33,724 nucleotides of DNA from Octopus bimaculoides (Eukaryota): positions 24,961,803 to 24,995,526 of the forward strand of contig NC_068999.1 in NCBI RefSeq assembly GCF_001194135.2, in the 5' to 3' direction. The translations under genes were made by a program, and so were the position numbers. Below the pieces are notes generated by a model that saw only the letters and a list, made by a program, of their open reading frames with translations, searched no databases and was not told the DNA's origin. Below, piece by piece: positions 33,715-33,724 of this stretch. Numbering within the stretch: the stretch's first letter is position 1; every line of letters begins with the position of its first letter.

Positions 33715-33724
33715 ATATATATAT

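Overview
AT-rich, microsatellite-dense eukaryotic DNA with several N gaps. The tRNA-derived SINE families, TE spectrum and SSR load suggest an octopus (coleoid cephalopod) genome; this is an inference from recalled repeat types, not a search. No host gene could be identified, and most of the supplied ORFs are microsatellite or antisense artefacts. The window is a layered transposable-element graveyard. It holds four fragments of RLE-type non-LTR retrotransposons (two HERO-like, two R4/Dong-like), a Penelope-like GIY-YIG remnant with a downstream decayed hammerhead-ribozyme motif, and a DD41D Tc1/mariner and an Hsmar1-like mariner, both full-length with TA TSDs. It also holds mariner- and piggyBac-type MITEs, non-autonomous Helitrons, nested long-TIR foldback elements, a near-perfect ~245-bp palindrome and about 20 SINE copies built from shared modules. 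The most unusual items are a perfect 87-bp templated copy of a mariner end plus its flank inside that element's own catalytic domain, a doubly nested ~2-kb foldback, a pile-up of retroelements in one (AAT)n tract, and several strong dsRNA-forming inverted repeats. I found no clear evidence of a new biological system.
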